A DNA stretch of 64,000 nt from the IMG/VR virus record IMGVR_UViG_3300020183_000042, positions 1-64,000 of that record. One strand, given 5' to 3'. The position numbers and the translations under genes were made by a program. This DNA is from a virus. Its lineage: Duplodnaviria > Caudoviricetes. Numbering within the stretch: the first letter of the stretch is position 1; each line of letters starts with the position of its first letter. Below are positions 39,873 through 49,607 of this stretch, piece by piece. The notes below the pieces were generated by a model. That model did no database searches. It saw nothing but the letters and a program-made list of their open reading frames with translations, and was not told the DNA's origin.

Positions 39873-39876
39873 AATA

Positions 39877-40203
39877 TTACCTCTTTAAGTTTTTAAGTTT
39901 ATTTACGGAGTTGGAGATATTCTCTTCTGTTTGTTTTACATCTCCAAGATTATCGTATTTACGCTCCATTCCATCTGTTTTAATATCTACCACAAACCTT
40001 TTGTCATCAATAGATAGGTTGTTAACCACACGTTCTTTTTGGTCTTTTTGTTGTTTGAAAAATGATTGTGGACTATTATATACACCTTTTGAGGTAAAGA
40101 CCCCTATAAAATAGCCAATAAGACCACAAATAAGATTGAGTATTATTAGTATAGAAATTACTATAGCATCATTTGATAGAGACATTGGATAACCATTGTT
40201 CAT
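39877..40203 (-). CDS. membrane-anchored hypothetical protein
   Basis: N-terminal TM segment. Confidence 0.6.
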   Translation of the reverse strand: MNNGYPMSLSNDAIVISILIILNLICGLIGYFIGVFTSKGVYNSPQSFFKQQKDQKERVVNNLSIDDKRFVVDIKTDGMERKYDNLGDVKQTEENISNSVNKLKNLKR

Positions 40204-40567
40204 ATTTTTTTCTTTCGTATCCTATTATAGAGGCTTTCTGTTTACCATCAACAATATATCTTGTATCTGGTAAACTCTTAATTTTATATTTATCTCTTAG
40301 TTCTTTTTCTTTAGTAATATCAATATAACATACAATTTTACTATCTAATAAAGTGAGAAAATATCCATCGTCTATATCCTGTTTTAAGAGTCCACAAGCA
40401 GAACAAGATTTTGCACCAAATATAAGCACTATTGGTTGATCGGTGGATTCTGATAGTGATTCTGCTATGTGTAAATCATTTGCTACTGGAAAATCTGCGA
40501 ATGATATTGGTATGGTAAGAGTTGATATAAAAATCATCATGTATGTAGTAAATAATAACTTTTTCAT
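40169..40567 (-). CDS. exported thioredoxin-like protein
   Basis: Signal peptide; FGAKSCSAC; KSLP. Confidence 0.75.
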   Translation of the reverse strand: MKKLLFTTYMMIFISTLTIPISFADFPVANDLHIAESLSESTDQPIVLIFGAKSCSACGLLKQDIDDGYFLTLLDSKIVCYIDITKEKELRDKYKIKSLPDTRYIVDGKQKASIIGYERKKYEQWLSNVSIK

Positions 40568-40576
40568 AAAATCCCT

Positions 40577-41440
40577 TTAAGTTTGATTAGTTAATATATG
40601 TAATGGTTTATCAAAATAATGAAAATACATAGGATCATATTCTGGATTCCATAGTCCTTCTTTTGATGTGTGTCCCCAAGGATCAAAAAATAACTCATGA
40701 TTATTTACTGAACAACGGTATTCATTCCAATATTTTTTTATCATATATGCTGGTGAAGAATGATACCATGATATAAAACAAGATCTATTAAAATTTGCAC
40801 CAATATAAGCATGATAGCTTTTTCTTGATATTTCGAAGATAAACAATCTATTATTTAGTGGTAAAACAGATTTGTATAATGAACTATCTAGATTTTCATA
40901 AACACCAGTTCCGCCCCCATCGTTTTCAGTAATATTTTCTGGATGATCGAAATAATATAATAGAGCAACACTTCTACATAATTTATTAGTATTTGGTTGT
41001 AGATCCTGACTATCATCTTCGTATACACAATTAGGAGTCGCTATATCTGCATTCGTATTAGCAAATGAACATATTGATAAGTCTCTATGTATAAAACCAC
41101 TTTTGGATGGGGCTTTATGTAAATGTATAGCCGGTGCGATGTATGGTGATGTAATTATATCAAACGTGTTTTCTACAAAACTTTTAAGAGTTTGAGATGC
41201 AAATAAATTAAATCCATTAATACATTCTTGTAATTCTAAACCCTTAATATATGCTTCATAATTACTACTATTTCTAGTTGTTTGATTATATGGTATAGTG
41301 TTTTGTATTAGAAATGAAAAATATGGAATAATCTGATTGTATATATTATTTTTAAGTAGATTATCTATAATAATATGTTTATATGGCTTTGTATAACGCT
41401 TAACGTCCAGATTATCTGATATATGAGGATGATCTAGCAT
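40577..41440 (-). CDS. 2OG-Fe(II) oxygenase
   Basis: HRD...GGGT...NRLFIF...SYH...R. Confidence 0.8.
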   Translation of the reverse strand: MLDHPHISDNLDVKRYTKPYKHIIIDNLLKNNIYNQIIPYFSFLIQNTIPYNQTTRNSSNYEAYIKGLELQECINGFNLFASQTLKSFVENTFDIITSPYIAPAIHLHKAPSKSGFIHRDLSICSFANTNADIATPNCVYEDDSQDLQPNTNKLCRSVALLYYFDHPENITENDGGGTGVYENLDSSLYKSVLPLNNRLFIFEISRKSYHAYIGANFNRSCFISWYHSSPAYMIKKYWNEYRCSVNNHELFFDPWGHTSKEGLWNPEYDPMYFHYFDKPLHILTNQT

Positions 41441-42065
41441 TTTTTACAGTTTCAATGGTATCGTGATAAAATGTTATGCTTCTTATAGAAGTATCAAAAT
41501 TAATATTTTCCAATAGACATTTAGAAAAATTTCTTACATGAGAATGAAAATGGTCGGGATATACTCTCTGATTGTTGTGTTTCCAATATATAATATTGTT
41601 TTCCTCATAAAATCTATTGGTATAGTCATTGCTTCCATATAATACACATGGCCTAAATATAAGTACGTTTTTTATATTTGTAGAGATAATTAAATTTTCG
41701 ATCTCTTTTTTATTTTGACCATATGCCCATAGTGGATCATTAATTTCAAAACCACCAAATACTGCTAAAGTAGAAATAAAAATATATCTATGAAAAGATA
41801 CAGTTTGTATAATGTTTAGGAAATGATTAATATTATAGCAAGAGAAATCTATGATTGTGTCGTAGTGTTTATTTCTTAATAACTGACATTTATTTATATC
41901 TTCTCTATCTAGATTAATCCAATTTAAATAAGGAAATAGATTCTTATTTGTTAAACCCCTATTAGCGAGATCTGGATAAATATTATTCTCAATACATAAT
42001 TCTACAAAATCTCTACCAACCATCTGTGTGCCGCCAAGAACTAGCATATGTTTATCATTTTCCAT
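41412..42065 (-). CDS. NAD(P)-binding atypical SDR (isoflavone reductase-like)
   Basis: LVLGGTQMVG, NRG, YGQNK. Confidence 0.75.
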   Translation of the reverse strand: MENDKHMLVLGGTQMVGRDFVELCIENNIYPDLANRGLTNKNLFPYLNWINLDREDINKCQLLRNKHYDTIIDFSCYNINHFLNIIQTVSFHRYIFISTLAVFGGFEINDPLWAYGQNKKEIENLIISTNIKNVLIFRPCVLYGSNDYTNRFYEENNIIYWKHNNQRVYPDHFHSHVRNFSKCLLENINFDTSIRSITFYHDTIETVKNARSSSYIR

Positions 42066-42966
42066 TAGTGTGTCCTAATACCCTACCTTTCTGAGTTCTT
42101 AATACAAAACCCATACGAATAAGATATGGTTCTATACTATTCTCTATCGTTTCTAGTGCTATTCCAGTTACAGATGATATAGACTTTAATCCGAGTGGAT
42201 TGCCCCTATTCTTCTTTAGTACATCCAAGTATATTCTATCATAGGCATCCAGACCATTTTTATCAATACCTTGAAGATTGAAAATATCGTCTACAGATGA
42301 ATGTTTACCAGTACATGAAATATAGTTCTGATACCATTGTAATCTAGCATTTAAAATACGAGGAGTTCCTTTACTCCTTTGTGCTATTTCTAATAAATCA
42401 GAATCACTTATCATTAGTCCGAGCTTTTGGGCGTTCAATCCTGCTAGTTTGGCTAACTCATCGTAACTATAAAAACTCAAATGTTCCTTGATAGTAAATC
42501 GGTCATAGAATGGTTGACTAAGACTACCACCACTAGTTGTTGCTCCTACTAGAGTAAATGCTGCGACTTCTATTTCCTCTGGTTCTTTGTCCATAACTAT
42601 ACTAAACCTGAAATCCTCCATCACAGGATAGAGAAATTCTTCAACCAGTTTGGGTAGTCTATGGATTTCATCTATAAAAAATACTGATCGTTTGGTCATC
42701 CTAAACATATAGGGCAAAATTGCTTTTACACTTCTAAGATTAGCAGCGTTTGCCGTATACAGATTGACCTCCATTTCGGAGGCTATAGCACCCGCCAGGG
42801 TTGTCTTACCAAGGCCAGGAGGGCCGTCTATTAAAACATGAGGGAGGATGCTGTCGTTTTTTTTACAGCCCGCTGTGCTTATCTTTAACCGGCTAATTAC
42901 ATCGTTCTGACCAATAATTTCATCAAAACAAACTGGACGTTTTACCAATGTCATCGTATTCTCCAA
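42055..42966 (-). CDS. ruvB: Holliday junction branch-migration ATPase
   Basis: GPPGLGKTTLA, FIDEIHRL, LYPVMED, GATT, DRF, GTPR, IEPYL, RTQKGR. Confidence 0.93.
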   Translation of the reverse strand: MENTMTLVKRPVCFDEIIGQNDVISRLKISTAGCKKNDSILPHVLIDGPPGLGKTTLAGAIASEMEVNLYTANAANLRSVKAILPYMFRMTKRSVFFIDEIHRLPKLVEEFLYPVMEDFRFSIVMDKEPEEIEVAAFTLVGATTSGGSLSQPFYDRFTIKEHLSFYSYDELAKLAGLNAQKLGLMISDSDLLEIAQRSKGTPRILNARLQWYQNYISCTGKHSSVDDIFNLQGIDKNGLDAYDRIYLDVLKKNRGNPLGLKSISSVTGIALETIENSIEPYLIRMGFVLRTQKGRVLGHTNGK

Positions 42967-43365
42967 TTAGTCACTTTTATCTTTTACCCAAAACACAAAA
43001 TCATTTGACTTTTCATCATAAGCCATATCAACAAGACCCTTTTTTACTAGGCCGTTAAGAATATTACTAACCATTCGGCTATTTATTTTTTCCAGAACAT
43101 CAGTAAATATTTTCTCGTTTAGAGTGTATCTGATTCGCTTCTTGTTTTTGCTGACCTGTATCTTAACAGACTCTTTCACGATAAGCAAACACTCTTGGTG
43201 AGATATTATCTTATCAAATTCTGCTTGTTCACTTTGCTTAACAGTATCTATAAGAAAATCTAATTCATCTGATTGATCCCTTGCTCCAAAATTATTAAAG
43301 ATTATAGCCCTAACTCTGTCTGTGAATTCACCTATATCGTTAATAATAAACCATTCTTCTTCCAT
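42967..43365 (-). CDS. hypothetical protein, paralog of 56696-57118
   Basis: C-terminal LVKKGLVDMAYDEKSNDFVFW. Confidence 0.65.
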   Translation of the reverse strand: MEEEWFIINDIGEFTDRVRAIIFNNFGARDQSDELDFLIDTVKQSEQAEFDKIISHQECLLIVKESVKIQVSKNKKRIRYTLNEKIFTDVLEKINSRMVSNILNGLVKKGLVDMAYDEKSNDFVFWVKDKSD

Positions 43366-43374
43366 TTTCTACTC

Positions 43375-43752
43375 CTAGTTTAAGATATCAAATAAGCCTT
43401 TGTAATATCTGGGCTGTTGTATAAAATGAGAAGCATTGGCTTGTATGTGTTGTTTATATTCGTTATGGATAGGATCATAAATAAAATACTTACTTTTCCA
43501 TATACCTTCACCATAATAATTGGATCCCAAATACTGGAACTTTTTAGGGTTCGCAGTATTGGGATTCCAACTATTCACAGGAAACTCAACCGACGGAAAA
43601 CTATTGATATTATTTATGATATCCGTCATCCATTCTGAGAACGGAGAATCATGTCCAACATCAAATGTAAAATACCATTTGTACGGATTAACATTATTAT
43701 CATAATCATGATCATCATTGTATCCATCATCTTCATCATCTTCATCGTTCAT
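43375..43752 (-). CDS. hypothetical protein with acidic N-terminus
   Basis: 125-aa ORF. Confidence 0.55.
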   Translation of the reverse strand: MNDEDDEDDGYNDDHDYDNNVNPYKWYFTFDVGHDSPFSEWMTDIINNINSFPSVEFPVNSWNPNTANPKKFQYLGSNYYGEGIWKSKYFIYDPIHNEYKQHIQANASHFIQQPRYYKGLFDILN

Positions 43753-43879
43753 TGTTGTGCTATACGCAAAGTGTTATGTCAGCAATATTTTGTGGATGAA
43801 CATATCCTTCTGTAGTAATAAATACATCAGAATAAATTGATTGTTTCATTATTATTACTCCTAATATAGAAAATAAAAA

Positions 43880-43961
43880 GGGAGTTGGGGGATCGAACCC
43901 CAAGAGATTCTGATGATCTTAATAAGACAATCTTTGAATCTGCTAGTCCCAGACTACTCCA
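43880..43961 (-). ncRNA. tRNA-like structured RNA / degenerate tRNA, possibly doubling as a terminator
   Basis: GGAGT/ACTCC closing stem, AGTC-TGG-GACT hairpin, AGATTC/GAATCT arm, TGGGG-TTCGATC-CCCCA T-arm, followed by TTTTT. Confidence 0.5.
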
Positions 43962-43969
43962 TTAATTAA

Positions 43970-44836
43970 TCAGCCAGGATAAGAGTTGTCGTACTCATCC
44001 TCATCATCTTCATAATCTTCGTCGTCCTCGTCATCAAACTGATCCCAGTAATCATCGCGGATATCATAATCCTCGTCATCATCCTCGTACTCGTCCTCGG
44101 AAAAATTAGCCGAGTAAAGAGGCTTGAGAAGTTCGCCTTGATACTCTCCAACAACTTCGTATTGGCAAGTGCGAAGTTTCTCACAATTACAATCACTAGG
44201 AACACTCACAACATCACGCGGATTAATCTTAACGATCACAATACGATCATGTGCTTCCACAGACCCATAACCAGCAACATAGTTTAATGCTCCAGCATGA
44301 AGTCCATTTGAACAACCGCGACCACGATCATCATCAACCTTGGCTCTTTGCATCTTGCAAATCTTGCCAACACTATTATCAAACGTACCACGATACTTAT
44401 CCATATAATCACTTCTCACAGCCTTGTAGGCAAGGAAATGACCATCCTCAGTAATGGGCAGATGCTCATGCTCAAGGAAATCATAGAGTTCCTTTTGACT
44501 CTGCATACTAGGATTCTCCATAAGATTGTTGAGGAAATTAACAAGAGGCTGGAAAGGCAGACCCTTGCTTATAAACTCAAGAATACGCTTGCTGATGCTG
44601 CCGTGAACTTCCTCACCCTCATACATCACCTTGCCATTCTTAATCTCAACCATACCATCGCTAAAACTGGATACGGCTTTTTCCACATCCACAATATCCA
44701 AGAGTTCATCGGCAGTTGCGGTTGGCAACGCTTCAAGAATCATCTTGTAATTAATATGATCCGGCAAAACCTGATAGGTTCTATTGTTAAGAACCAGAGT
44801 CAAATTACCATCAACCCACATAAACGGAACGCTCAT
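43970..44836 (-). CDS. rIIB-like protein
   Basis: LPITEDGHFLAYKAVRSDY, CSNGLH, VKINPRDVVSVP, RTCQYEV; follows an rIIA-like gene. Confidence 0.8.
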   Translation of the reverse strand: MSVPFMWVDGNLTLVLNNRTYQVLPDHINYKMILEALPTATADELLDIVDVEKAVSSFSDGMVEIKNGKVMYEGEEVHGSISKRILEFISKGLPFQPLVNFLNNLMENPSMQSQKELYDFLEHEHLPITEDGHFLAYKAVRSDYMDKYRGTFDNSVGKICKMQRAKVDDDRGRGCSNGLHAGALNYVAGYGSVEAHDRIVIVKINPRDVVSVPSDCNCEKLRTCQYEVVGEYQGELLKPLYSANFSEDEYEDDDEDYDIRDDYWDQFDDEDDEDYEDDEDEYDNSYPG

Positions 44837-44863
44837 TATTTTTCTCCTTGTTTACCTGTGAAA

Positions 44864-47497
44864 TTAACCAAAAACTTTACTAATTTGATCCCTAAACAAA
44901 TCAACCTTATCTAACGTAACAAACCAACTAGATAATCTTCTCCAACTTTGACGGTTATCAAATTGATTGAGAGGATCAGTATCTCTGAGATTTCTCAAAT
45001 TACCATCAACCATGTTGGCACACATAATATACTTGAGCAGCGGGTTGCTGTCAAGTGTTGTCTTAATTGTTTTTCTTAGATCGCTAATGGGTGATAGAGT
45101 ATGCTTTTTGTCTCTATCATTCTTAGTGGAAATAAGTTTCTTATATGTGTCCGAAGTATTCGGATACCAACTCTCTAAAAGACTCTTCATTGAGTTAAAG
45201 AGTAAGTTAGTATTCTTGATCTTCTTTACATCTAAGCCATTAATACCAATAGCATCAAGCAACTTGGCAATATGAGCATAGTAGTCTGTTTGCTTAAATC
45301 TTTTTAGATCATATCCATTACGATGAATAGTATCGGCAAAAAACTCCATTACAATCAGACTATCAATAGTGTTTACTAGAGTTTTGTCCGAGACATATTC
45401 TTTATAGTCCAGACCGAATATGTTCAGAATATGGTATATAAACTGTCTATCAATATAGCCTTCGTTATAATCATGATTCATCTTGTCATCAGTGTTGTAT
45501 TCTTTCTTACAGAATTCGATCACACTATTAATATCACGCACATCACTAAACTGCGAGGAATCAATAGTCTTGAGTCGATCTTTGAACCAAGAGTTAAAAT
45601 CAATTAGGTTGTACCCGTCCTTAATTAAACGATCCACACTAGACTGTTTGATAGCATAGATATTTTCTCCACCAAACACAGAGTTATCCGTAATAATCTT
45701 ATCCCAACGCTTAATACCTGCTATCTCTGGATAATTTTCAATAGACGCATATCGTAGAATAGGAATATAAACGATAGTATCAGCATCCTCCAAATCATCC
45801 AAACGACTAGCACTAAGACTTCTCATATGAGAAGCATCATTGTAGCCATAATTCAATGTTGTGGTATCTTGTGCATCTCCGTAAACCAGAAAAATATCTT
45901 GGTCACTAACGCTACCCTTGCTACCTTTACTTGCTCTAGTTTTTGGAGTTGACTTAATTAGATCACGATGATCCGAAACATTAAGAATATTAGACTCTCC
46001 AACATCCTTGACTAGTGCTTTAAAACCATTGGTCACATCCTTATGATCTGTGGTATTAACCAACAGATAAGCAAAACAATCATTCTGATTGCAATACTTG
46101 GTAACAATCTTTTTGGCTGTTTCCGCAGCACTCATATCACACCAGAAAAACTTCATTGAATTAATCTTTTTCTGATGATTCCAATAGTATTGACCCTTGC
46201 CGGTTAGAGTTTCGTGATGAATCTTATCTGTAAGATAAATCAGGCGTCGAGAACGATAACCCGCTGTTCTATAATTGAACACATAAAGGTTCTCATCCTT
46301 CTTGAGTTTATATTCCAAATCCTCACCAGAATTAATAGGATGATCTTTACCATCACTATCTTTCCACGATGCTCCAACACCCCATCCACCAGCAAGATCA
46401 TTCATCTGATAATAAGTCTGGATTGCTTCTACCTTGGTTTTGGCAGTAGCAATCTTGTCACTAAAATTCTGCTTCAACTCCACGAAAATATCTTGGGTCT
46501 TTTCACGCAGAGTTTTAACAACAGCCTTGGTATACTGCAAACCTTCACGGCTAACATCCATTTCAAGTTCGCCAATACCAAAATCCAGTTCCAGATAAAG
46601 ACCCTGACCAATAATTTCGCCAACAAAAGTCTTCCAAGATGCAATATCGGCCTTGTTAAAGGCTCTATTCCATTTGGCGATATGGTCTGGAGTCTCAGTC
46701 TTTTCTTCTCCTATAAGGTGAGAAACCTCAACAGGGTAGGCGATATTGCCCATCAAGGCAACAACCCCGCTTTGAATACGATAATCATTATTGGGAAACT
46801 TCATGTGATCATTATTGAGTCGGCAAACTCTCCAGCCTTCTCCATCAATCACCACGTTACGCTGACTATATTCCTTAGTAAAATCCCAATGAACTCCACC
46901 CTCAATAATGGGCTTCATTCTAAAATAATGAAAGACCCTAACAGCCTTCTGACTAAACTCTTGGAAATCATATTGCTTAACAGCAAAACTAATCTCAAGA
47001 CCATTAGGCTCATTAGTTTCTGTGCTATGAATAAGATTCAGAGTAGGAACACCAGCATCATCAATAGCCGCAATATAAGTATATTGAGTACCATTAAAAT
47101 AAGAAGTAGTTGTGAAACTCTTAGTATAAGCAAACGGACTCTTTGAGCCTAGACCAAGACAACCAACAAAATCATTGCTATCATTCTTATTACTAGCACC
47201 ATAGGTGGTGTAAAGATGTTCCATATCTTTTTGACTAAGACCAGTGCCGTAATCTCGCACACTAAAATTAGGATTAGCGGCCGTAGGCAACGTCACCTTA
47301 AAAGGATTCTTATTGCCAGCACTAATATGAGAGTCATAGGCATTGGTCGCAAGTTCACGAATGACTGCCATTACCTTGTCGGAATAAAGAGAGTCCGACA
47401 AGATTTTAAACATTTTGCTCGTTTGAGCAATAGTAAATTGATTAGCACTACTAATACCAGCACTATGAACTTCAACAGTTCGATCCGCAAGTTTCAT
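44864..47497 (-). CDS. rIIA-like protein (GHKL ATPase)
   Basis: FKILSDSLYSDK...IRELATNAYDSH, DYGTG, GLGSKSPFAY, LEMDVSREGL; start at MKLADR with GGAG RBS. Confidence 0.85.
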   Translation of the reverse strand: MKLADRTVEVHSAGISSANQFTIAQTSKMFKILSDSLYSDKVMAVIRELATNAYDSHISAGNKNPFKVTLPTAANPNFSVRDYGTGLSQKDMEHLYTTYGASNKNDSNDFVGCLGLGSKSPFAYTKSFTTTSYFNGTQYTYIAAIDDAGVPTLNLIHSTETNEPNGLEISFAVKQYDFQEFSQKAVRVFHYFRMKPIIEGGVHWDFTKEYSQRNVVIDGEGWRVCRLNNDHMKFPNNDYRIQSGVVALMGNIAYPVEVSHLIGEEKTETPDHIAKWNRAFNKADIASWKTFVGEIIGQGLYLELDFGIGELEMDVSREGLQYTKAVVKTLREKTQDIFVELKQNFSDKIATAKTKVEAIQTYYQMNDLAGGWGVGASWKDSDGKDHPINSGEDLEYKLKKDENLYVFNYRTAGYRSRRLIYLTDKIHHETLTGKGQYYWNHQKKINSMKFFWCDMSAAETAKKIVTKYCNQNDCFAYLLVNTTDHKDVTNGFKALVKDVGESNILNVSDHRDLIKSTPKTRASKGSKGSVSDQDIFLVYGDAQDTTTLNYGYNDASHMRSLSASRLDDLEDADTIVYIPILRYASIENYPEIAGIKRWDKIITDNSVFGGENIYAIKQSSVDRLIKDGYNLIDFNSWFKDRLKTIDSSQFSDVRDINSVIEFCKKEYNTDDKMNHDYNEGYIDRQFIYHILNIFGLDYKEYVSDKTLVNTIDSLIVMEFFADTIHRNGYDLKRFKQTDYYAHIAKLLDAIGINGLDVKKIKNTNLLFNSMKSLLESWYPNTSDTYKKLISTKNDRDKKHTLSPISDLRKTIKTTLDSNPLLKYIMCANMVDGNLRNLRDTDPLNQFDNRQSWRRLSSWFVTLDKVDLFRDQISKVFG

Positions 47498-47529
47498 TTG
47501 TATTCTCCAAGGTTTCCTGTGATGCTCGT

Positions 47530-47557
47530 AGTATACATCGTCATTCCGCGTTGTCAA
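47530..47557 (-). promoter_or_regulatory. promoter TTGACA-N16-TATACT
   Basis: Directly upstream of rIIA. Confidence 0.75.
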
Positions 47558-47799
47558 CCTTGATTTTTCTTTTGATTCACTCGTTGAATACTGATGTAAC
47601 CAAAATAGATTGGTATTAATCCTATATACCATACTGGTAAGGCTAGAGAAGCAAACCAAAGTCCACTAACGATTGATAGTGCTGATAATATATAAACTAT
47701 AAAAGATGGAAAATTTAACCTTGAGGTTAAGTATGCTAGCGGTCCAATCAAAATAGTTACTAAAACTATTAACGATGCTGCTAACGCTAAACTAGCCAT
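47554..47799 (-). CDS. small multi-TM membrane protein
   Basis: Three hydrophobic segments. Confidence 0.65.
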   Translation of the reverse strand: MASLALAASLIVLVTILIGPLAYLTSRLNFPSFIVYILSALSIVSGLWFASLALPVWYIGLIPIYFGYISIQRVNQKKNQG

Positions 47800-48122
47800 T
47801 AGATTTCCTCATCGTCGTCTTGGTCTTTATAATCATCTTTTGGAACCCATGTTTCATCAGTATCATCGATATTATAATTTTCTTCAAAATCTTCATCATC
47901 CTCTGCTAACAGAATAGTAAAATTATTGAGTATTTCTAGCATAACATCAACTTTGTGAGCAATATCTCTAACTTCTCGTTTGATTTCTATTATATCTTTA
48001 ATTAGCTTGTCTTGATTTTTGCTTAGATCATCAACACCCCTAGATAAAGAGTCGTCTTTTTTATATAAGTCCTTATACGATTGCTCAATTTTTTTATAGA
48101 TGTCGTCAATATCTCTAGACAT
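47799..48122 (-). CDS. coiled-coil protein with acidic tail
   Basis: GGAG RBS; heptad pattern. Confidence 0.65.
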   Translation of the reverse strand: MSRDIDDIYKKIEQSYKDLYKKDDSLSRGVDDLSKNQDKLIKDIIEIKREVRDIAHKVDVMLEILNNFTILLAEDDEDFEENYNIDDTDETWVPKDDYKDQDDDEEI

Positions 48123-48131
48123 AACTACTCC

Positions 48132-48431
48132 TTATTTGGGGTTGCGATATTCTCGTAAATCTCCATTTTCATTAATTTTCTGATCTTCATAGGATGATGC
48201 TAGTCGTCGATAGAATTCTTGCTTAATATTCTCTAATACACCAGTTATCATAGCAATCTTCTTATATGAAACAGGTTTAATTAACTGGCCCAATACCCTG
48301 CTAAAACAATAGTTTATTCTACCAAGGTAGATGCTAAGATCGTTTGAGATTCTTTTATTACGAATAGCAATAACCATCACTGATATAGCATCGTCTAATT
48401 CTTTTCTTTCGTCTTCACTAATGTATGGCAT
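48132..48431 (-). CDS. conserved phage hypothetical protein
   Basis: MPYI...GRINY...EFYRR...YED.KI.ENGD. Confidence 0.7.
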   Translation of the reverse strand: MPYISEDERKELDDAISVMVIAIRNKRISNDLSIYLGRINYCFSRVLGQLIKPVSYKKIAMITGVLENIKQEFYRRLASSYEDQKINENGDLREYRNPK

Positions 48432-48962
48432 TTAATCCTCCTCGCATTTACATTCGTATCGTTTACAATAAGAACATTTTGGCCCAGGGTCGGGATTGCC
48501 CCAAGCATTTGATAATCCATCAAAACTTTCTTCACCAGTATCTATACAGACCAATTTTTTGGTGCGTCCTCTTTTTACTAGTCCAACATTGTACCAATGA
48601 CAATCCCAAAATTTCAATCCGGTCTTCTCATTGATATCATTAACGAGTTTTTGTATCTGCTTCATACTAATTTTTGTCGCGGCCCGATCAATGGTTGCTT
48701 TTTCTATAATATATCCCCAATCGCTTGGATCATCAAACACCATATCACCATCATCAGCAAATTTTAATCTACAAACTTTGCTATGAATTTTTGGTGCAAG
48801 ATCGAACTTTTCTAGTTTTTTGTGATATGTATATGACCGCGTAGCTTTCTTCTTATTCCTAAATTCCTTAAAGACTAAGCCACAATAACCAACTATAGGA
48901 TAGACTTGACAATATCCTCCCTCATTACTCCAATCACTATAATCTATTTGATAGTTAAGCAT
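48432..48962 (-). CDS. protein-kinase-like fold protein
   Basis: EGGYCQVY (Gly loop), VFK (Lys), DCHWYN (catalytic loop), IDTG (DFG-like). Confidence 0.6.
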   Translation of the reverse strand: MLNYQIDYSDWSNEGGYCQVYPIVGYCGLVFKEFRNKKKATRSYTYHKKLEKFDLAPKIHSKVCRLKFADDGDMVFDDPSDWGYIIEKATIDRAATKISMKQIQKLVNDINEKTGLKFWDCHWYNVGLVKRGRTKKLVCIDTGEESFDGLSNAWGNPDPGPKCSYCKRYECKCEED

Positions 48963-49284
48963 TAGAGTTATTAATAATTTTGTTAGCCATAATTTCTTGA
49001 GCAATATTAATTGCCTCATTAAGATTTGTAGTTTCACATAGTCTTATCGGCCCCTTTGGAATATCAATCCAGTAAGAACCATATACGCCATAAAAAACAC
49101 CACCAAGAGAGTGGTCGTGCATTAGAAAATCAATTTTGTCGTGAAAAATATCAAAACACCATTCACCACTATCGTCTTGAGTTTCTTTTATTGTATCTAC
49201 AATTAAAAATCTAAAATTAGGATGTTTAAAATCTTCATGACTATGAACTATACCACGATAAAATCTGTTTGGAATAGTAACCAT
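48955..49284 (-). CDS. hypothetical protein
   Basis: Coupled ORF. Confidence 0.6.
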   Translation of the reverse strand: MVTIPNRFYRGIVHSHEDFKHPNFRFLIVDTIKETQDDSGEWCFDIFHDKIDFLMHDHSLGGVFYGVYGSYWIDIPKGPIRLCETTNLNEAINIAQEIMANKIINNSNA

Positions 49285-49285
49285 T

Positions 49286-49606
49286 TTATTTTCTAAATTT
49301 AGCGTAAAAATCCTTAAACTCTATTTTATTAGAATATAATGGAACACAAGTTGTTTCATCAGAGTAGGGATTATCTTGAGTTCGTAGATCATACAAATCT
49401 CCACGATCATTAGTTTTACCCCAAGCAACAGGATTGTCAAATATCTTTTTAAGACTAGATAATTCTTGTTCACAACTTAACCATCGTACATTATCTTCTT
49501 TTAGTTTTTTTAGTTCATCTTTTGCGTTGTTCACAACGAACCGATCAGCACCATTTGCCCAGGCAAATTCGATAAGAAATTCGATAGGATCAGAATGTTG
49601 TTGCAT
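49286..49606 (-). CDS. hypothetical protein
   Basis: Coupled ORF. Confidence 0.6.
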   Translation of the reverse strand: MQQHSDPIEFLIEFAWANGADRFVVNNAKDELKKLKEDNVRWLSCEQELSSLKKIFDNPVAWGKTNDRGDLYDLRTQDNPYSDETTCVPLYSNKIEFKDFYAKFRK

Positions 49607-49607
49607 T

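Noticed and set aside
43880-43961. Canonical tRNA-Asn call
   Set aside because: Acceptor stem only 5 bp and D and anticodon arms non-canonical; kept as a tRNA-like RNA instead
43980-44100. GAT/GAC/GAG-rich low-complexity repeats
   Set aside because: Explained by the acidic C-terminal tail of rIIB
44251-47563. Long plus-strand ORFs (e.g. 46214-47146, 44348-44914)
   Set aside because: Antisense shadows of the rIIA/rIIB genes; no motifs or RBS
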